A stretch of 64,000 nt of DNA from IMG/VR virus record IMGVR_UViG_3300032214_001486, positions 1-64,000 of that record; one strand, 5' to 3'. Position 1 is the stretch's first letter. Each line of letters starts with the position of its first letter. Below, piece after piece: positions 29,120-39,638 of this stretch. Source of the DNA: a virus. The notes below the pieces were generated by a model, which saw only the letters and a list, made by a program, of their open reading frames with translations, was not told where the DNA came from and made no database searches. A program made the position numbers and the translations under genes.

Positions 29120-30315
29120 ACGGGGGTTTGCCCCGGCTGTTTAGGTACGGAGAGGAAGAAGTGTCCTTTCGCAATTTTGGCTTGCCTCCCAATTTTGGCT
29201 TGCCCCCCAATGGGCCCGCTATCGCCTCGGGTTACGGCTCACCCTTTGAGCCCCCGCCCCCGCCGCCCCCGCCGCCCATCACCGCCCAAGACCTTCAAGC
29301 AGCAATTACCTCGGCTGTACGTCCGTTAGAGCAGAGAATAGAGAGCCTAACCCATCAGATCAAAGAGCTAACGGAGGCCCAAATGCGAATGAATAACACA
29401 CCGGCCTTTCCCCCCGCACCGTCCGCGCCCACCCACACCCAAGCCCGCACCGTCCGCATACGGAAGCGGGTCATTATCGACCCACCCGATCAGGAGCCCA
29501 TTATGTCCACCAAAGCCGGCAACACCACCAACACCCCGGATACCAAAGTGACCACCAACGTAGAAGCAGAAGTCGTCGAAAACACCCAAATGGTCGCGGC
29601 GCAAAGTTTCCTGTCTGAGTTTGCGAAAGCCGCCGTACACGGCGGTCAGGTCGGCGCTGCCACTCAAATCAATTCGATGCTTGTGGATGGTGTGCTCAAA
29701 CTGTTCCCGGTGGACGGTATGACCGGCATGATCATCAACACGAACATCGGCCGGCAGGTGCTTCGGATCGCGCTGCCCCTGGGCCTGGGTACGGTTGCGA
29801 GCCTCGCGCCCAACCTGATGCCCAAGATGGTCGATGCCTCCCTGGTCCGTCAGGTTTGCTTGTATATGGCAGAAGGTGAGGCGGCGCAGATCGTTCGCCC
29901 GGCCCTTGAACGCATGGGTGATCTGCTGAAAGCCGTGGTCGCCGCGGGTGTGCGCTCGGGCATTGACTTGGCGGGTATTGACCCGAAAAGCCGGGACGAA
30001 GCGCAGCGGTGGGCCGAGGAAGCCGACCGCGAGGAGAAGAACCGGGCCGCCATGCGGGAGGAAGCCGAGAAGAACCGGGCCGCCATGCAACAGGCGGTCG
30101 AGGCAGCGGTACGCGCCGCGGTGCAGACGGCCCCGGCTCCGGCCCCGACCCCCGTCGCCGCCCCTGCCTCCCACAGCCCCGCGGCGATTGCAGAGCTGGT
30201 CAAGGCTGGTGTACTCACAAAGGAGGAAGCCCGCGCCCTGCTCGGTCAAACGCCGTTCGCGGCTGTTTCCGTGACCCCGGCCGATACGGACCCCAGCCCC
30301 ACGACCCAAAGCTGA
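29116..30315 (+). CDS. Hypothetical protein (Pro-rich N-terminus, hydrophobic core, coiled coil); possible internal start at 29503
   Basis: 399-aa ORF; AGGAG RBS before ATG 29503. Confidence 0.7.
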   Translation: MNGGLPRLFRYGEEEVSFRNFGLPPNFGLPPNGPAIASGYGSPFEPPPPPPPPPITAQDLQAAITSAVRPLEQRIESLTHQIKELTEAQMRMNNTPAFPPAPSAPTHTQARTVRIRKRVIIDPPDQEPIMSTKAGNTTNTPDTKVTTNVEAEVVENTQMVAAQSFLSEFAKAAVHGGQVGAATQINSMLVDGVLKLFPVDGMTGMIINTNIGRQVLRIALPLGLGTVASLAPNLMPKMVDASLVRQVCLYMAEGEAAQIVRPALERMGDLLKAVVAAGVRSGIDLAGIDPKSRDEAQRWAEEADREEKNRAAMREEAEKNRAAMQQAVEAAVRAAVQTAPAPAPTPVAAPASHSPAAIAELVKAGVLTKEEARALLGQTPFAAVSVTPADTDPSPTTQS

Positions 30316-30422
30316 ACCCCAGCCCCCCCGGTGGGCTGACTCCCCAGCCCCGTAGTGCGCGCGAGCGCCCTGCGGGGTTTCGTGTTATGCCTCCGCGGTC
30401 ATTCCCACCCGTAGGGGGTTCT

Positions 30423-31496
30423 ATGCCAAATTGGAAATACCCTGTGTTTGTCGGTAACTGTGTCGATCTCATGCGAAAGTGTCCCGCGAATAGCGTTGAC
30501 GCCATTGTTACCGACCCACCATACGGTCTGAAATTTATGAATAAGGAATTCGATAACTTGGGAGAAGGCGCGCAGCAACGTCAATGGCACGCGGCTTGGG
30601 CGAAAGAGGCGCTGCGCGTTCTCAAACCGGGGGGACATATTATTGCCTTTGGGGGAACCCGCACCTACCATCACCTTGCGTCGGCGTTAGAGGAAGTCGG
30701 TTTTGGGATCAGGGATTGTATTTCTTGGGTACATAGCCAAGGCTTTCCGAAATCGCTGGACGTATCCAAGGCGATTGACAAGGCGGCAGGTGCGGAGCGG
30801 GAGGTGATAGGACGGAGGACTGACCGGGCCGCAACGCCCAAACAAGACATTCGGGGCGGGCGGTTGATGAATGGCGTAAATGGCGGCATCGACTGTTCCG
30901 CGATTACCGCCCCCGCAACCGACGCCGCCCGTCAATGGAACGGATGGGGCACCGCCCTGAAACCCGCCGTCGAGCCCGCCGTACTGGCGCGCAAGCCGCT
31001 GGTCGGGACCGTAGTGGCGAACGTGCTGAAATGGGGGACGGGGGCGATCAACGTGGATGGGTGCCGAGTAGAGTCAGAGACGATAAATACCTGGGATGAC
31101 GGAGCAAAACCGTTTGGTGAGGGGGCAGGACACAAAGACACAGGGCGTACCGTGCGGGGTCGTTGGCCTGCGAACCTGATGCACGACGGGAGTGACGATG
31201 TGGTGGGCTTGTTCCCCGATATACAGGTGGGTTCTGCCTCCCGGTTTTTCTATTGTGCGAAGGCCAATAAGCAAGAACGGGGCGCAGAGAATAAGCACCC
31301 CACAGTCAAGCCCGTAGCTTTGATGGAGTACCTAATCAAGCTCGTTTTGCCACCAAGGGGCATTGTCCTCGACCCCTTCGCAGGGTCAGGCACAACTTTA
31401 CTTGCAGCCAAAAACTTAGGGGTCAGAGCTATTGGTATGGAGCTTGAACCTGAGTACGCAGAAATCGCAAAGAAACGCATCCGAGAGCTTAGTTAG
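30423..31496 (+). CDS. Beta-class N6A/N4C DNA methyltransferase
   Basis: VTDPPY, HPTVKP, DPFAGSGTT. Confidence 0.92.
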   Translation: MPNWKYPVFVGNCVDLMRKCPANSVDAIVTDPPYGLKFMNKEFDNLGEGAQQRQWHAAWAKEALRVLKPGGHIIAFGGTRTYHHLASALEEVGFGIRDCISWVHSQGFPKSLDVSKAIDKAAGAEREVIGRRTDRAATPKQDIRGGRLMNGVNGGIDCSAITAPATDAARQWNGWGTALKPAVEPAVLARKPLVGTVVANVLKWGTGAINVDGCRVESETINTWDDGAKPFGEGAGHKDTGRTVRGRWPANLMHDGSDDVVGLFPDIQVGSASRFFYCAKANKQERGAENKHPTVKPVALMEYLIKLVLPPRGIVLDPFAGSGTTLLAAKNLGVRAIGMELEPEYAEIAKKRIRELS

Positions 31497-31542
31497 TGGG
31501 TACAATCTGTTAGGAAAGCATAAATACAGGTGGTCTTTAGGC

Positions 31543-32369
31543 ATGAATGAAAAAAGCCCTCGGTACTTCACCGAACACAGAGAAAAAGAGCTTCCGCCCC
31601 TTCACCCCCAGCACGAGCGGTTGATCTCCGCTGTCCTCTCCGCGATCCCGCGGGTCGAAATCCGAGTGTGGGCTTGGTTGCCGTCTTTTGATAAGTACGA
31701 AAACCGCAGGATGATCCGCGTTCCGGGGCACGACTACGCCTTGGCTTGGGGCACACAGGAACAATGGCAGGAAACGGAGTGTCAGGCCCTCCGCCTACAA
31801 GTCCCGGTGTCTCGGGGCTTTGCTTGGTTTTGGGCCAAAGAGGGTATCGAACCCGAGGATATTCAACGGTTCGAGCACGAGTATACTCTCGCCTTAGACG
31901 CAGTACAGAATTGCCTTAAAGCGGAAGCGACACCACACCGCCCGGTCGAGCCAGATACCCACGCCGCTCTACCCTACCCCCCACAAGGCCCCAAGGCCCC
32001 GAGGACTGAATGACGACCACACCCCCTGATTTGTCAGCAACCTACGCTGCCTTTGGTGACCTTAGCGCGGCGGTTTCCGCCTTGCCAGAGGCGGAGCGGC
32101 TGACCCTTCAAGACCAGCTTGGAGAATTGGCGGACAGCTTAAACGCCTATGCGCGAGAAGTAGACCAGAAGCTAACGATAAGTAGGGTATTGTTTGCCCT
32201 TGCCGCAAAGCATTGGAGGGGTTATACAAGCCAACACACAACCCCCGCCCACCGTAGCGCGGCCGGGGAACACATGCACAAGCTCATGGGTGAGTTAGAG
32301 CAGGAAGCCAAGAGACACCCGCAACGCTTATCGGTGTCTGAGCGGTACGATTTCAGAAAAATAATGTAG
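31543..32369 (+). CDS. Two hypothetical genes (31543-32013, 32010-32369)
   Basis: Coupled ORFs. Confidence 0.55.
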
Positions 32370-32382
32370 CTTTGGGGACAGA

Positions 32383-35091
32383 ATGAAAGAGGAAGCCAAG
32401 GCCCGCGGCTGTAAGTGTGACGAATGTCCGCTAAAAAATCAGCCCGGCCCTGTGTTCCCTGAACCCCGACCCGTTGGGACGCCTCTCGCACTTATTGGGG
32501 AATTTCCAGGGGATATGGAAGTGAGTGAGGGGCGTCCCTTTGTCGGGCCGCAAGGGAAGCTGCTGGCGAAGGTACTGAAAAAGGCAGGTCTGGATCGAAA
32601 CCGCGCCCATATGACCCTGGCCGTGCTCTGTCAGCCGCCGGGCAACGATATGAAAAAGCTGCTGGCGCGGCTCCGCTCAGACAACGCCGCGAAAAAGAAA
32701 GAGAATACGAAGCGGTCGAAACAGGGACTCCCGCCCGTACCGTTGACCCCAAACCCGGTGGACTGCTGCCGGCCGAGGCTGGTCGCGGAAGTCGCAGCTT
32801 TTCACTATCTCATGCCGCTCGGAGGGTTAGCGGCGGGGACAATCTTAGGGGGCACACCCGCCATTGACCCTATCCGTGGCTCGCTCATGGACGGGTCTTT
32901 GATCTATGACGGGGAACGAAACGTGATGGGCCTCACCGATCCATCGGTGCCCGGTCACCCCGTCCGCATGATCCCCAGCCTGTCGCTTGCCCGCGTCCGC
33001 AAACAGCCCCGTTGGTTAGAGACATTCCAGGGTGATTTTGAGCGTATGGCCCGGTGGATGAACGGCCAATTGCGCTGGACAAACCCACAAGAGGCATATC
33101 ACCCCTCCGCGGACGCCCTCTATGCCTTCCTCTCGTCGGGCCAGCCCGCGTATACCTTTGACGTGGAAACAGACGGTATCGCCGCGCTGGCCTGCAATAT
33201 CCGCTGCATATCCATCGGCACGCCAACCCATGTGATGTGCATTGGCACCCGGCCAAAAGACGCGGACAAATCAGTACGCGGGGATGGGGGCTTCTACCCT
33301 CCCGCGGAAATGGAGCGGGTCAAAGAGGTTCTGCGCTGGTTTTTCACAAACCCCGCAATCCTGAAAGTCGGCCACAATGCCGGTTACTATGACCGTCTGG
33401 TGGTCCGTCAATGGCTCGGCATAGACCCACACCCGATCTTAGACACCATCCTGCTTCACCGCTTGGCAGAGAGCGAGCTTCCACACTCGCTGGGCTTTGT
33501 CGGCAGCAAGTACACCGACGTTCACGCTTGGAAAGCCAACCGGGCGGGAAAGAAGCTGGCGACCGACGCGGAAAGCGACCACGAATTGCATCACTACTGC
33601 AATCTCGACGTTGCGGTAACCGCCCGCGTGCTCGCCCCTCTATGGGCCGACGTAAACAAGGCCCAGCAGCAATCTCTGGTCGAAAAAGACCATCTGGTGC
33701 AGCGTGTGTGCGCCGACATGCACACCGCGGGTATGCGGGTCAATCAGGAGGCACGAAAGAAGGCCGAGGACGACCTGATCCGCTCTATTGTCAAGGTGCG
33801 GACTCAGCTACAAGAAATGTCGTCGGCTGACTTCAACCCCGGCTCTACCCACCAGTTACGCAAAATTTTGTTTGACGAATGGAAGCTAACGCCTCCGTTG
33901 GATGAAGAACTTAGGTACACCGAAACCGGCGACCCGAGCACGTCCGACAACATCATGCGGTCCCTGCTCAGCTTGGATCACCTGCCGGAGCACCCGCGGC
34001 AATTCATCATCGGCCTGCGGCGCTACCGGAAACTTACGAAGGAATTGGGGACATATGTAGCCAAGCTGCGGCCTATGTCCGAGGTCATCCCGACCGGGAT
34101 GGGCTTTGACGCAGACGAGGAGGAGGAAGTACGCAAAGAGCGGGAGGAACGCGGATACGAAAAGCGCGGGATTGTGTGGGCAGACGGCCGGATGCGTCCG
34201 GGCTATAACGCCCACGTCGCCCTGACTGGACGGCTATCGAGCAGCAGCCCGATCAACGCGCAGAATTTCCCCAAGCATCTACGCAAACTCATTATTCCGC
34301 AGCCCGGCCATGTGTTTGTCGGCGCCGACGCCGACCAGCTTGAATTGCGGATCGCCGCGGCCCGCTGGCAGCTTAAACGCTACCTTGACGCGCTTTTAGA
34401 GGGTATCGACCCTCACTCAATGGTGACCGCGCAAGCGATCTTCGGTGATGTATTTATGAAGTGTGCGGGCTGGCCGGGCCCCACGAACGGAAACAAGTGG
34501 TCGGGCGATGCGTATGACTACCGGCAGCTTGCGAAGATCATCCAGTATGCCTTTCAATACAAAGCGTCGGTCGAGACAGGCACCCGGATTATTCAGTCTA
34601 CCGAGGTCGAGGACAAAGACACCGGGCGTACTCGCCTGCCCTATGTCAAAAAGACTGTCCGAGAAGTCCGGCAGATGCGCGAAGCGTGGCTGCGCGGTGT
34701 CCCCGAGTTAGAGACGGGCTGGGAAAAGGAGATTGCGCACTATCGGCAATACGGTTATGTGCAGGAGCCTGTGCATGGTCGGCGCCGGTTCTGCAAAGAC
34801 GGCGAAAACCCTAACGAGATTGTTAACTTCCCGATCCAGGGGAGCGCGTCGGCCTTGATGAACAATGCCATGATCGCCATTTGGCAGGAGATCCCCCTGC
34901 ACAAGTGGGGTCCGGGTACGGGCCTTTTGACGCAAACTCACGACGCTTTGGTGGTGGAGTGCCCCATTGATCAGGCGGATTGGGTCAAGGCTGTAATCGA
35001 GCACTACATGAACCAGACCCACCCTTCGCTCCCTGGGGTGCGGTTCACCGCAACGGCCGATATTGGCTATAACTGGAAGGAGGTAGGCTGA
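32383..35091 (+). CDS. Family A DNA polymerase with an N-terminal family-4 UDG-like domain and a 3'-5' exonuclease
   Basis: CDECPL..GEFPG..E..GRPFVG; FDVET, HNAGYD, YCNLD; TGRLSS, DADQLELR, RQLAK...Y, NFPIQG, THD. Confidence 0.95.
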   Translation: MKEEAKARGCKCDECPLKNQPGPVFPEPRPVGTPLALIGEFPGDMEVSEGRPFVGPQGKLLAKVLKKAGLDRNRAHMTLAVLCQPPGNDMKKLLARLRSDNAAKKKENTKRSKQGLPPVPLTPNPVDCCRPRLVAEVAAFHYLMPLGGLAAGTILGGTPAIDPIRGSLMDGSLIYDGERNVMGLTDPSVPGHPVRMIPSLSLARVRKQPRWLETFQGDFERMARWMNGQLRWTNPQEAYHPSADALYAFLSSGQPAYTFDVETDGIAALACNIRCISIGTPTHVMCIGTRPKDADKSVRGDGGFYPPAEMERVKEVLRWFFTNPAILKVGHNAGYYDRLVVRQWLGIDPHPILDTILLHRLAESELPHSLGFVGSKYTDVHAWKANRAGKKLATDAESDHELHHYCNLDVAVTARVLAPLWADVNKAQQQSLVEKDHLVQRVCADMHTAGMRVNQEARKKAEDDLIRSIVKVRTQLQEMSSADFNPGSTHQLRKILFDEWKLTPPLDEELRYTETGDPSTSDNIMRSLLSLDHLPEHPRQFIIGLRRYRKLTKELGTYVAKLRPMSEVIPTGMGFDADEEEEVRKEREERGYEKRGIVWADGRMRPGYNAHVALTGRLSSSSPINAQNFPKHLRKLIIPQPGHVFVGADADQLELRIAAARWQLKRYLDALLEGIDPHSMVTAQAIFGDVFMKCAGWPGPTNGNKWSGDAYDYRQLAKIIQYAFQYKASVETGTRIIQSTEVEDKDTGRTRLPYVKKTVREVRQMREAWLRGVPELETGWEKEIAHYRQYGYVQEPVHGRRRFCKDGENPNEIVNFPIQGSASALMNNAMIAIWQEIPLHKWGPGTGLLTQTHDALVVECPIDQADWVKAVIEHYMNQTHPSLPGVRFTATADIGYNWKEVG

Positions 35092-35092
35092 T

Positions 35093-35657
35093 ATGTCGAA
35101 GTCTAATCAGACCCCGGATAACTGGGTTTTTTGCAGCCCGGATGGAAAGTACGGCGGGCTTCTGTTCAACGTGCCCCGCTCGGAAGTAGAGCAGGCGGCG
35201 CTGCTTGCGCTCGACGGCCTGAGCCCGGAAACGGACTACCAAGAGGTGAAGTACACCCGGTACAAGGGCTCCACCCTCGTTCTCGCGTTCCGCCCCACCG
35301 ACGAAGATGAGGGCGTCGCTGAGGTCATTTTGGGTGATATGGGCACCACGAAGGCCCTACACGAATTCGCAGAGTGGCCCATTAACTTCGACGAAGAATA
35401 AGGAGGACAACATGAAGTATTCGTACACCCTGGACGTGGACGTAACTCCGGCTGAGGTTGCCGAGCTTGTGCAGGTGGCAACACAATTGCCCAGCGTGTT
35501 CCGCGCGTTTGTCGGCGAAATGGCGGATATTCAGCGGGAAGTCGCTGACCGTGCGGCTGTCCGCGCCGCCGTGTCTCGCGCCCGCGCGAAGGCTGAGGCT
35601 GAGGCTGAGGCCGAGGCGAAAGCCAGTCGCCGCCGCGGTCGTCGTCGGCGCCGCTGA
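35093..35657 (+). CDS. Two small hypothetical genes (35093-35401, 35412-35657)
   Basis: Strong GGAGG RBSs. Confidence 0.65.
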
Positions 35658-35680
35658 TCTGCTGAGTCTGTACCGGAGGA

Positions 35681-36478
35681 ATGACCATGACAACAGACGG
35701 GCTGTATCCCCTGCGTGATGACCCTAAGCTGCTGTTTTGCTTGGGGGATACAGCCGCGGTCTGCGCTAAACTCCCCGAGGGGCGCTTTTCGCTTATTCAT
35801 TCTGATCTGCCGTTCAACACCGGCAAGGTCCAGAAGGGGAGAGCGGGCGCCTACGCAGACACCTTCGAGGATTTCCCGGCTTGGCTCACAACGCAAGTAA
35901 CCCGCTACAAGGCCCTTTTGGCGCCCAACGGGCTGCTTGCGTTGCAGTTAGACGACCGGGAACACTTGACGCTGCGAAACGTGTGCGATGCAGTCATGGG
36001 CCCCGATAGCTACAAAGGCACCCTGATTTGGCACTATGACACCGGGGGCGTGGCTAAGAATTGGTGGTCGATGAAACACCAATACATCGTCCTCTATTCG
36101 CTGGGAGAGCCGATCTTCCACCCCAACGCCGTGCCCACCCTGCCCCGCAAGTCCGCGCCCAAGCGGGTCATCAACGCGGCGGGCGAAGAACGGGTGTATG
36201 ACGGGGATAAGAAAATTTCGTCTGTCTGGAATATCAATTGGTCTACTACCGCACCGGAGCGGTGTGGATACCCGAGCCAAAAACCGATGGATTTGGCGCA
36301 GACGCTAATCTCGGTACACACCAACCCCGGCGATTGGGTCTTAGACCCGTGCTGCGGGTCGGGCACAACCGGCTTTGCGGCCCACAAGTTAGGCCGCAAC
36401 GCGCTGATCGTGGACAGGAACTCGGAAGCCTTAGAGGCCGCCCAGCGCCGGGCCGCGGGCGGGTATGACCGGCCTTAA
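35681..36478 (+). CDS. Beta-class DNA methyltransferase
   Basis: SDLPF (DPPF variant), YPSQKP, DPCCGSGTT. Confidence 0.85.
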   Translation: MTMTTDGLYPLRDDPKLLFCLGDTAAVCAKLPEGRFSLIHSDLPFNTGKVQKGRAGAYADTFEDFPAWLTTQVTRYKALLAPNGLLALQLDDREHLTLRNVCDAVMGPDSYKGTLIWHYDTGGVAKNWWSMKHQYIVLYSLGEPIFHPNAVPTLPRKSAPKRVINAAGEERVYDGDKKISSVWNINWSTTAPERCGYPSQKPMDLAQTLISVHTNPGDWVLDPCCGSGTTGFAAHKLGRNALIVDRNSEALEAAQRRAAGGYDRP

Positions 36479-37345
36479 ATGACCACCGACCTGCTACTCG
36501 ACCCTGCCCGTATCCCGCGGGTAGTGAACCAAAAGCACGCGCAATACACTGTTTACATCGGTCGCTCGGGCCGCGGGGCCTTCTCCGTTCTCGGCAACCC
36601 GGTTATTCGTGGTGATCTCTGCCCCGTCTGCGGGCAGGTTCACGACTACCGGGGCGATACCCTGCCCTGCTTTGAGCGATACGCTCGGGCCAGGATGGAG
36701 ACAGACAGCAGCTATCGGGCGGCGATCTTAGCCTTGACGGGTCAAGTCCTCGGCTGTTTCTGCAAGCCCGGACCCTGCCACGGGGATATACTAATCAAGT
36801 TATGGGGAGAGCTAATGGCACCAAAAGTAAGCTACACACCGCTGTTTTCGCAGGCGCAGGCCGCCGATCCGACCGTCAGCCGGGTTCTGGAACACTACGA
36901 ATTGCAGTTACAGGCAGCCCCCGCTTGGCTGGGTGATTTCTCGCTAAAGGTTTGGAGTACAGCCGATGCTCCCAGCCCCTTAAAGCTGCTTGCGGGCCGC
37001 ATGGTCGCAAAGGCGCGGGATTGTGTGTGGTCGCTGCCCCGGCAGGCGGAAACACTCGGCGGCTACAACACCCTGTATTTACAGCGGTATTTTGAGGGTC
37101 AGTCAGTTAAGCCCCACAAAGACCCCAAGAACAACCGCCACAGCGTCCTTTTGCTCTCCCTGGGGGACTTCGATCCCCCTGAGCACCTGTTTGACGGGGC
37201 GCCCCACCGCCTCCCAACGGGTACACTTCTGCATTTTTCAGCTTGGCTCGATACCCTCGGCGGCTCTTGGCTTAGCCCAGCCCATAGCGTCGGCCCGTTG
37301 CCCCGCGGCGAACGCTGGGCCCTCATTCTCACCCACAATGTTTAG
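36479..37345 (+). CDS. DUF4326-like domain fused to an AlkB-like 2OG-Fe(II) dioxygenase
   Basis: YIGR..LGNP..LGCFCKP..CHGD; then N..Y..HKD...H.V....R. Confidence 0.7.
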   Translation: MTTDLLLDPARIPRVVNQKHAQYTVYIGRSGRGAFSVLGNPVIRGDLCPVCGQVHDYRGDTLPCFERYARARMETDSSYRAAILALTGQVLGCFCKPGPCHGDILIKLWGELMAPKVSYTPLFSQAQAADPTVSRVLEHYELQLQAAPAWLGDFSLKVWSTADAPSPLKLLAGRMVAKARDCVWSLPRQAETLGGYNTLYLQRYFEGQSVKPHKDPKNNRHSVLLLSLGDFDPPEHLFDGAPHRLPTGTLLHFSAWLDTLGGSWLSPAHSVGPLPRGERWALILTHNV

Positions 37346-37357
37346 GGGGCAAACAAT

Positions 37358-37885
37358 ATGTCGGTAACTTGGACGTTGGCGGGACAACGACACAAAGAGA
37401 ACACCCGCGTTAGGTACTCGATACGGAGTGTTTCGCACGTTTGCCCTACCTGCGAGGGCTCGGGTCGGGTTGGAGAAAAAGTTCCCACCTGGGATTGCTG
37501 CCCCGGCTTCGTTGACGATGGGGGAGATTGGTATTCTTGCCCCTTCGAGGAAGCGCAAAAATTGGGCCCCATTACTTACCGCTTTGAGATTGAAGGCGAG
37601 GGTGACTTCGCTGCTTGCCTGCATTGTGGCCCAAAATACCCTGAACCCGTGACCATGAAAGAGAAGATAGAAGCCCGGCTACAGGGCTCTGAGTCTTGTA
37701 CGGACTGTTCTCGTAACGGGCAATCCTTGGGGAAGATCGTCCACTTTGAGCTTGTTCTGCTGTTTCCGGTCGGGGCTCTAACTGACCAGGGGGCGGACTC
37801 TATCGTTTTAGCTACAGACAAGTCTCGGTCAGCCCTGCAAAGAGCGTGTTTAAGCCTCTATCTAACGCAGAACCGGCTAACCTAA
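37358..37885 (+). CDS. Cys-rich hypothetical protein
   Basis: CPTCEGSG, CLHC, CTDC. Confidence 0.6.
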   Translation: MSVTWTLAGQRHKENTRVRYSIRSVSHVCPTCEGSGRVGEKVPTWDCCPGFVDDGGDWYSCPFEEAQKLGPITYRFEIEGEGDFAACLHCGPKYPEPVTMKEKIEARLQGSESCTDCSRNGQSLGKIVHFELVLLFPVGALTDQGADSIVLATDKSRSALQRACLSLYLTQNRLT

Positions 37886-37898
37886 CGGGGAGAACACC

Positions 37899-38525
37899 AT
37901 GCTGGAAGTCATCACAGGCTGTATGTACGCAGGCAAAAGCTCGGAGCTATTGCGCCGGGTCCGCCTCAGTCAGATCGCCGGGCTTAGGTGCATGTCTTAC
38001 AAGCACAGCCTGGATCAAAGGTATTCCCCCACACACATCGCTACCCACCCCAACCCTGCGGCGGCCTCGACCGGGCAGCAGCAGCAGGAATTCGGGGAGT
38101 GTGTGCTGGTGCGGAACGAATGGGAGTTAGGGCAGGCGCTCACAGACGCCCTTGAAGCAAAGGCAGACGTGATCTCTATTGACGAAGTGCAATTCTTCGG
38201 AAAGGAAGCCCTGCACGACATTTTCGCGGCGGCCGACCGGGTGCGTGTCATCGTCGCGGGGCTCAGCCTTGACGCTTACGGTGTGCCTTTCGACATTATG
38301 CCCGAGCTATTGGCAGACGCCGACGAGATTAAGCGCCTGCACGCCGTTTGCACAAACAAGGTCCGGGGCCCCCTTGGCGTAGAGGCACTCTGCGGCAAAA
38401 AAGCATCGCGTACCGTCGATCTCGACCCCAAGGGAGAGCAAAATCAAGGTAAAACCCCGCTTGTAGCCGTGGGTTCCTATGGAAAGTATGCTGCCCGTTG
38501 CCGTCATTGTTGGACTTGGGGCTGA
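37899..38525 (+). CDS. tdk: Thymidine kinase
   Basis: GCMYAGKS, IDEVQF, VAGL..D, YAARCRHC. Confidence 0.93.
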   Translation: MLEVITGCMYAGKSSELLRRVRLSQIAGLRCMSYKHSLDQRYSPTHIATHPNPAAASTGQQQQEFGECVLVRNEWELGQALTDALEAKADVISIDEVQFFGKEALHDIFAAADRVRVIVAGLSLDAYGVPFDIMPELLADADEIKRLHAVCTNKVRGPLGVEALCGKKASRTVDLDPKGEQNQGKTPLVAVGSYGKYAARCRHCWTWG

Positions 38526-38592
38526 ACCCTAACCTTGACGAGCGGCAGGAAACGCATTATGGCCCCTGGGCAACGCCGGGGGCCCTTTTCGT

Positions 38593-39087
38593 ATGTTTCC
38601 AAGCATGTATCCAGTCTTAGGCGTATATTCTATCTTTCTGGCACACCCTTCCTCTGCGACCTTACCCGACATTGACTCTTGGGCGCAAACAATTGTGTCC
38701 TTCTACCCTCAAATGAGCGTAGAGGCGGTCGTACCCGCCCGTGTCTCGATGCGGAACCACCTGGGCTCGGTAGGCGGCTGGGAGGCTTGGTATCGGTGGG
38801 TTGCCGGGGCAAAGGACTTGGCGGGCCAGCCCGTCTACTCAGTGATGATTTGCCCTAAACAGTGGGTAGGCAAGCGGACGTACCGCTTGGTCGAAGAATT
38901 CCTACGGGTAGGCAAGCCCGTCTACTTTATCGACGGTGACGGGTTAACCCCCGTCGTCGAGGTGAAGATAGATGACGGGGCTGAGCGTGACGCCAACGGG
39001 GAACCGTTGAATTGGTCATCGTCTTGGGTACTCTGCCCCGCCGCGGAGCCCGATGGGGCATGGGAGAACGGCACATGGAACCCGTAA
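38593..39087 (+). CDS. Hypothetical protein
   Basis: ORF after the promoter at 38535. Confidence 0.6.
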   Translation: MFPSMYPVLGVYSIFLAHPSSATLPDIDSWAQTIVSFYPQMSVEAVVPARVSMRNHLGSVGGWEAWYRWVAGAKDLAGQPVYSVMICPKQWVGKRTYRLVEEFLRVGKPVYFIDGDGLTPVVEVKIDDGAERDANGEPLNWSSSWVLCPAAEPDGAWENGTWNP

Positions 39088-39638
39088 ACAGCTTGACTCC
39101 GGCCTTACCGGCAGACCCGGCTCATTTTCCCTGCATCCTCATGGACCCGCCCTGGACAGAGAACGGGGGCGGCAAGGTCAAGCGGGGCGCGGATAGGCAC
39201 TATCCTACGCTTCCGGTGCGGGAGATCCTGCCCGTGGTGCTCAAAAGCCCATTGTGGCGCCCCGATCCGGCCGGTTGTGTCCTTTGGTGCTGGGCCACGA
39301 ATAACTACCTACCTGACGCTCTTTGGCTAATTGATGCGCTGGGCTTCCGGTACATCACCAACGCCGTGTGGGTAAAGCAGGGGCGGGCGGGCTTGGGTCA
39401 ATGGCTTCGCGGCCGGCATGAATTGCTGCTGCTCGCCAGTCGAGGGGAGAGCCCGGCGAGCACGGTGCGGACAAATCGAAAAGACCTGTCCACCCTTCTA
39501 ATCGCGGAGCGGGGCGCCCATAGCGCCAAGCCTGAGAGGGCATACAAGTTAATCCAAGAGCGTTGTCGGGGCCCTTACGCTGAATTGTTTGCACGAAAGC
39601 CGCGGCCCGGCTGGTCTGTGTGGGGGAACGAAGTATGA
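39075..39638 (+). CDS. MT-A70-family adenine methyltransferase
   Basis: MDPPW, WATNN, WVK..GLG..LR..HE, HSAKP, ELFAR, WGNE. Confidence 0.9.
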   Translation: MEPVNSLTPALPADPAHFPCILMDPPWTENGGGKVKRGADRHYPTLPVREILPVVLKSPLWRPDPAGCVLWCWATNNYLPDALWLIDALGFRYITNAVWVKQGRAGLGQWLRGRHELLLLASRGESPASTVRTNRKDLSTLLIAERGAHSAKPERAYKLIQERCRGPYAELFARKPRPGWSVWGNEV

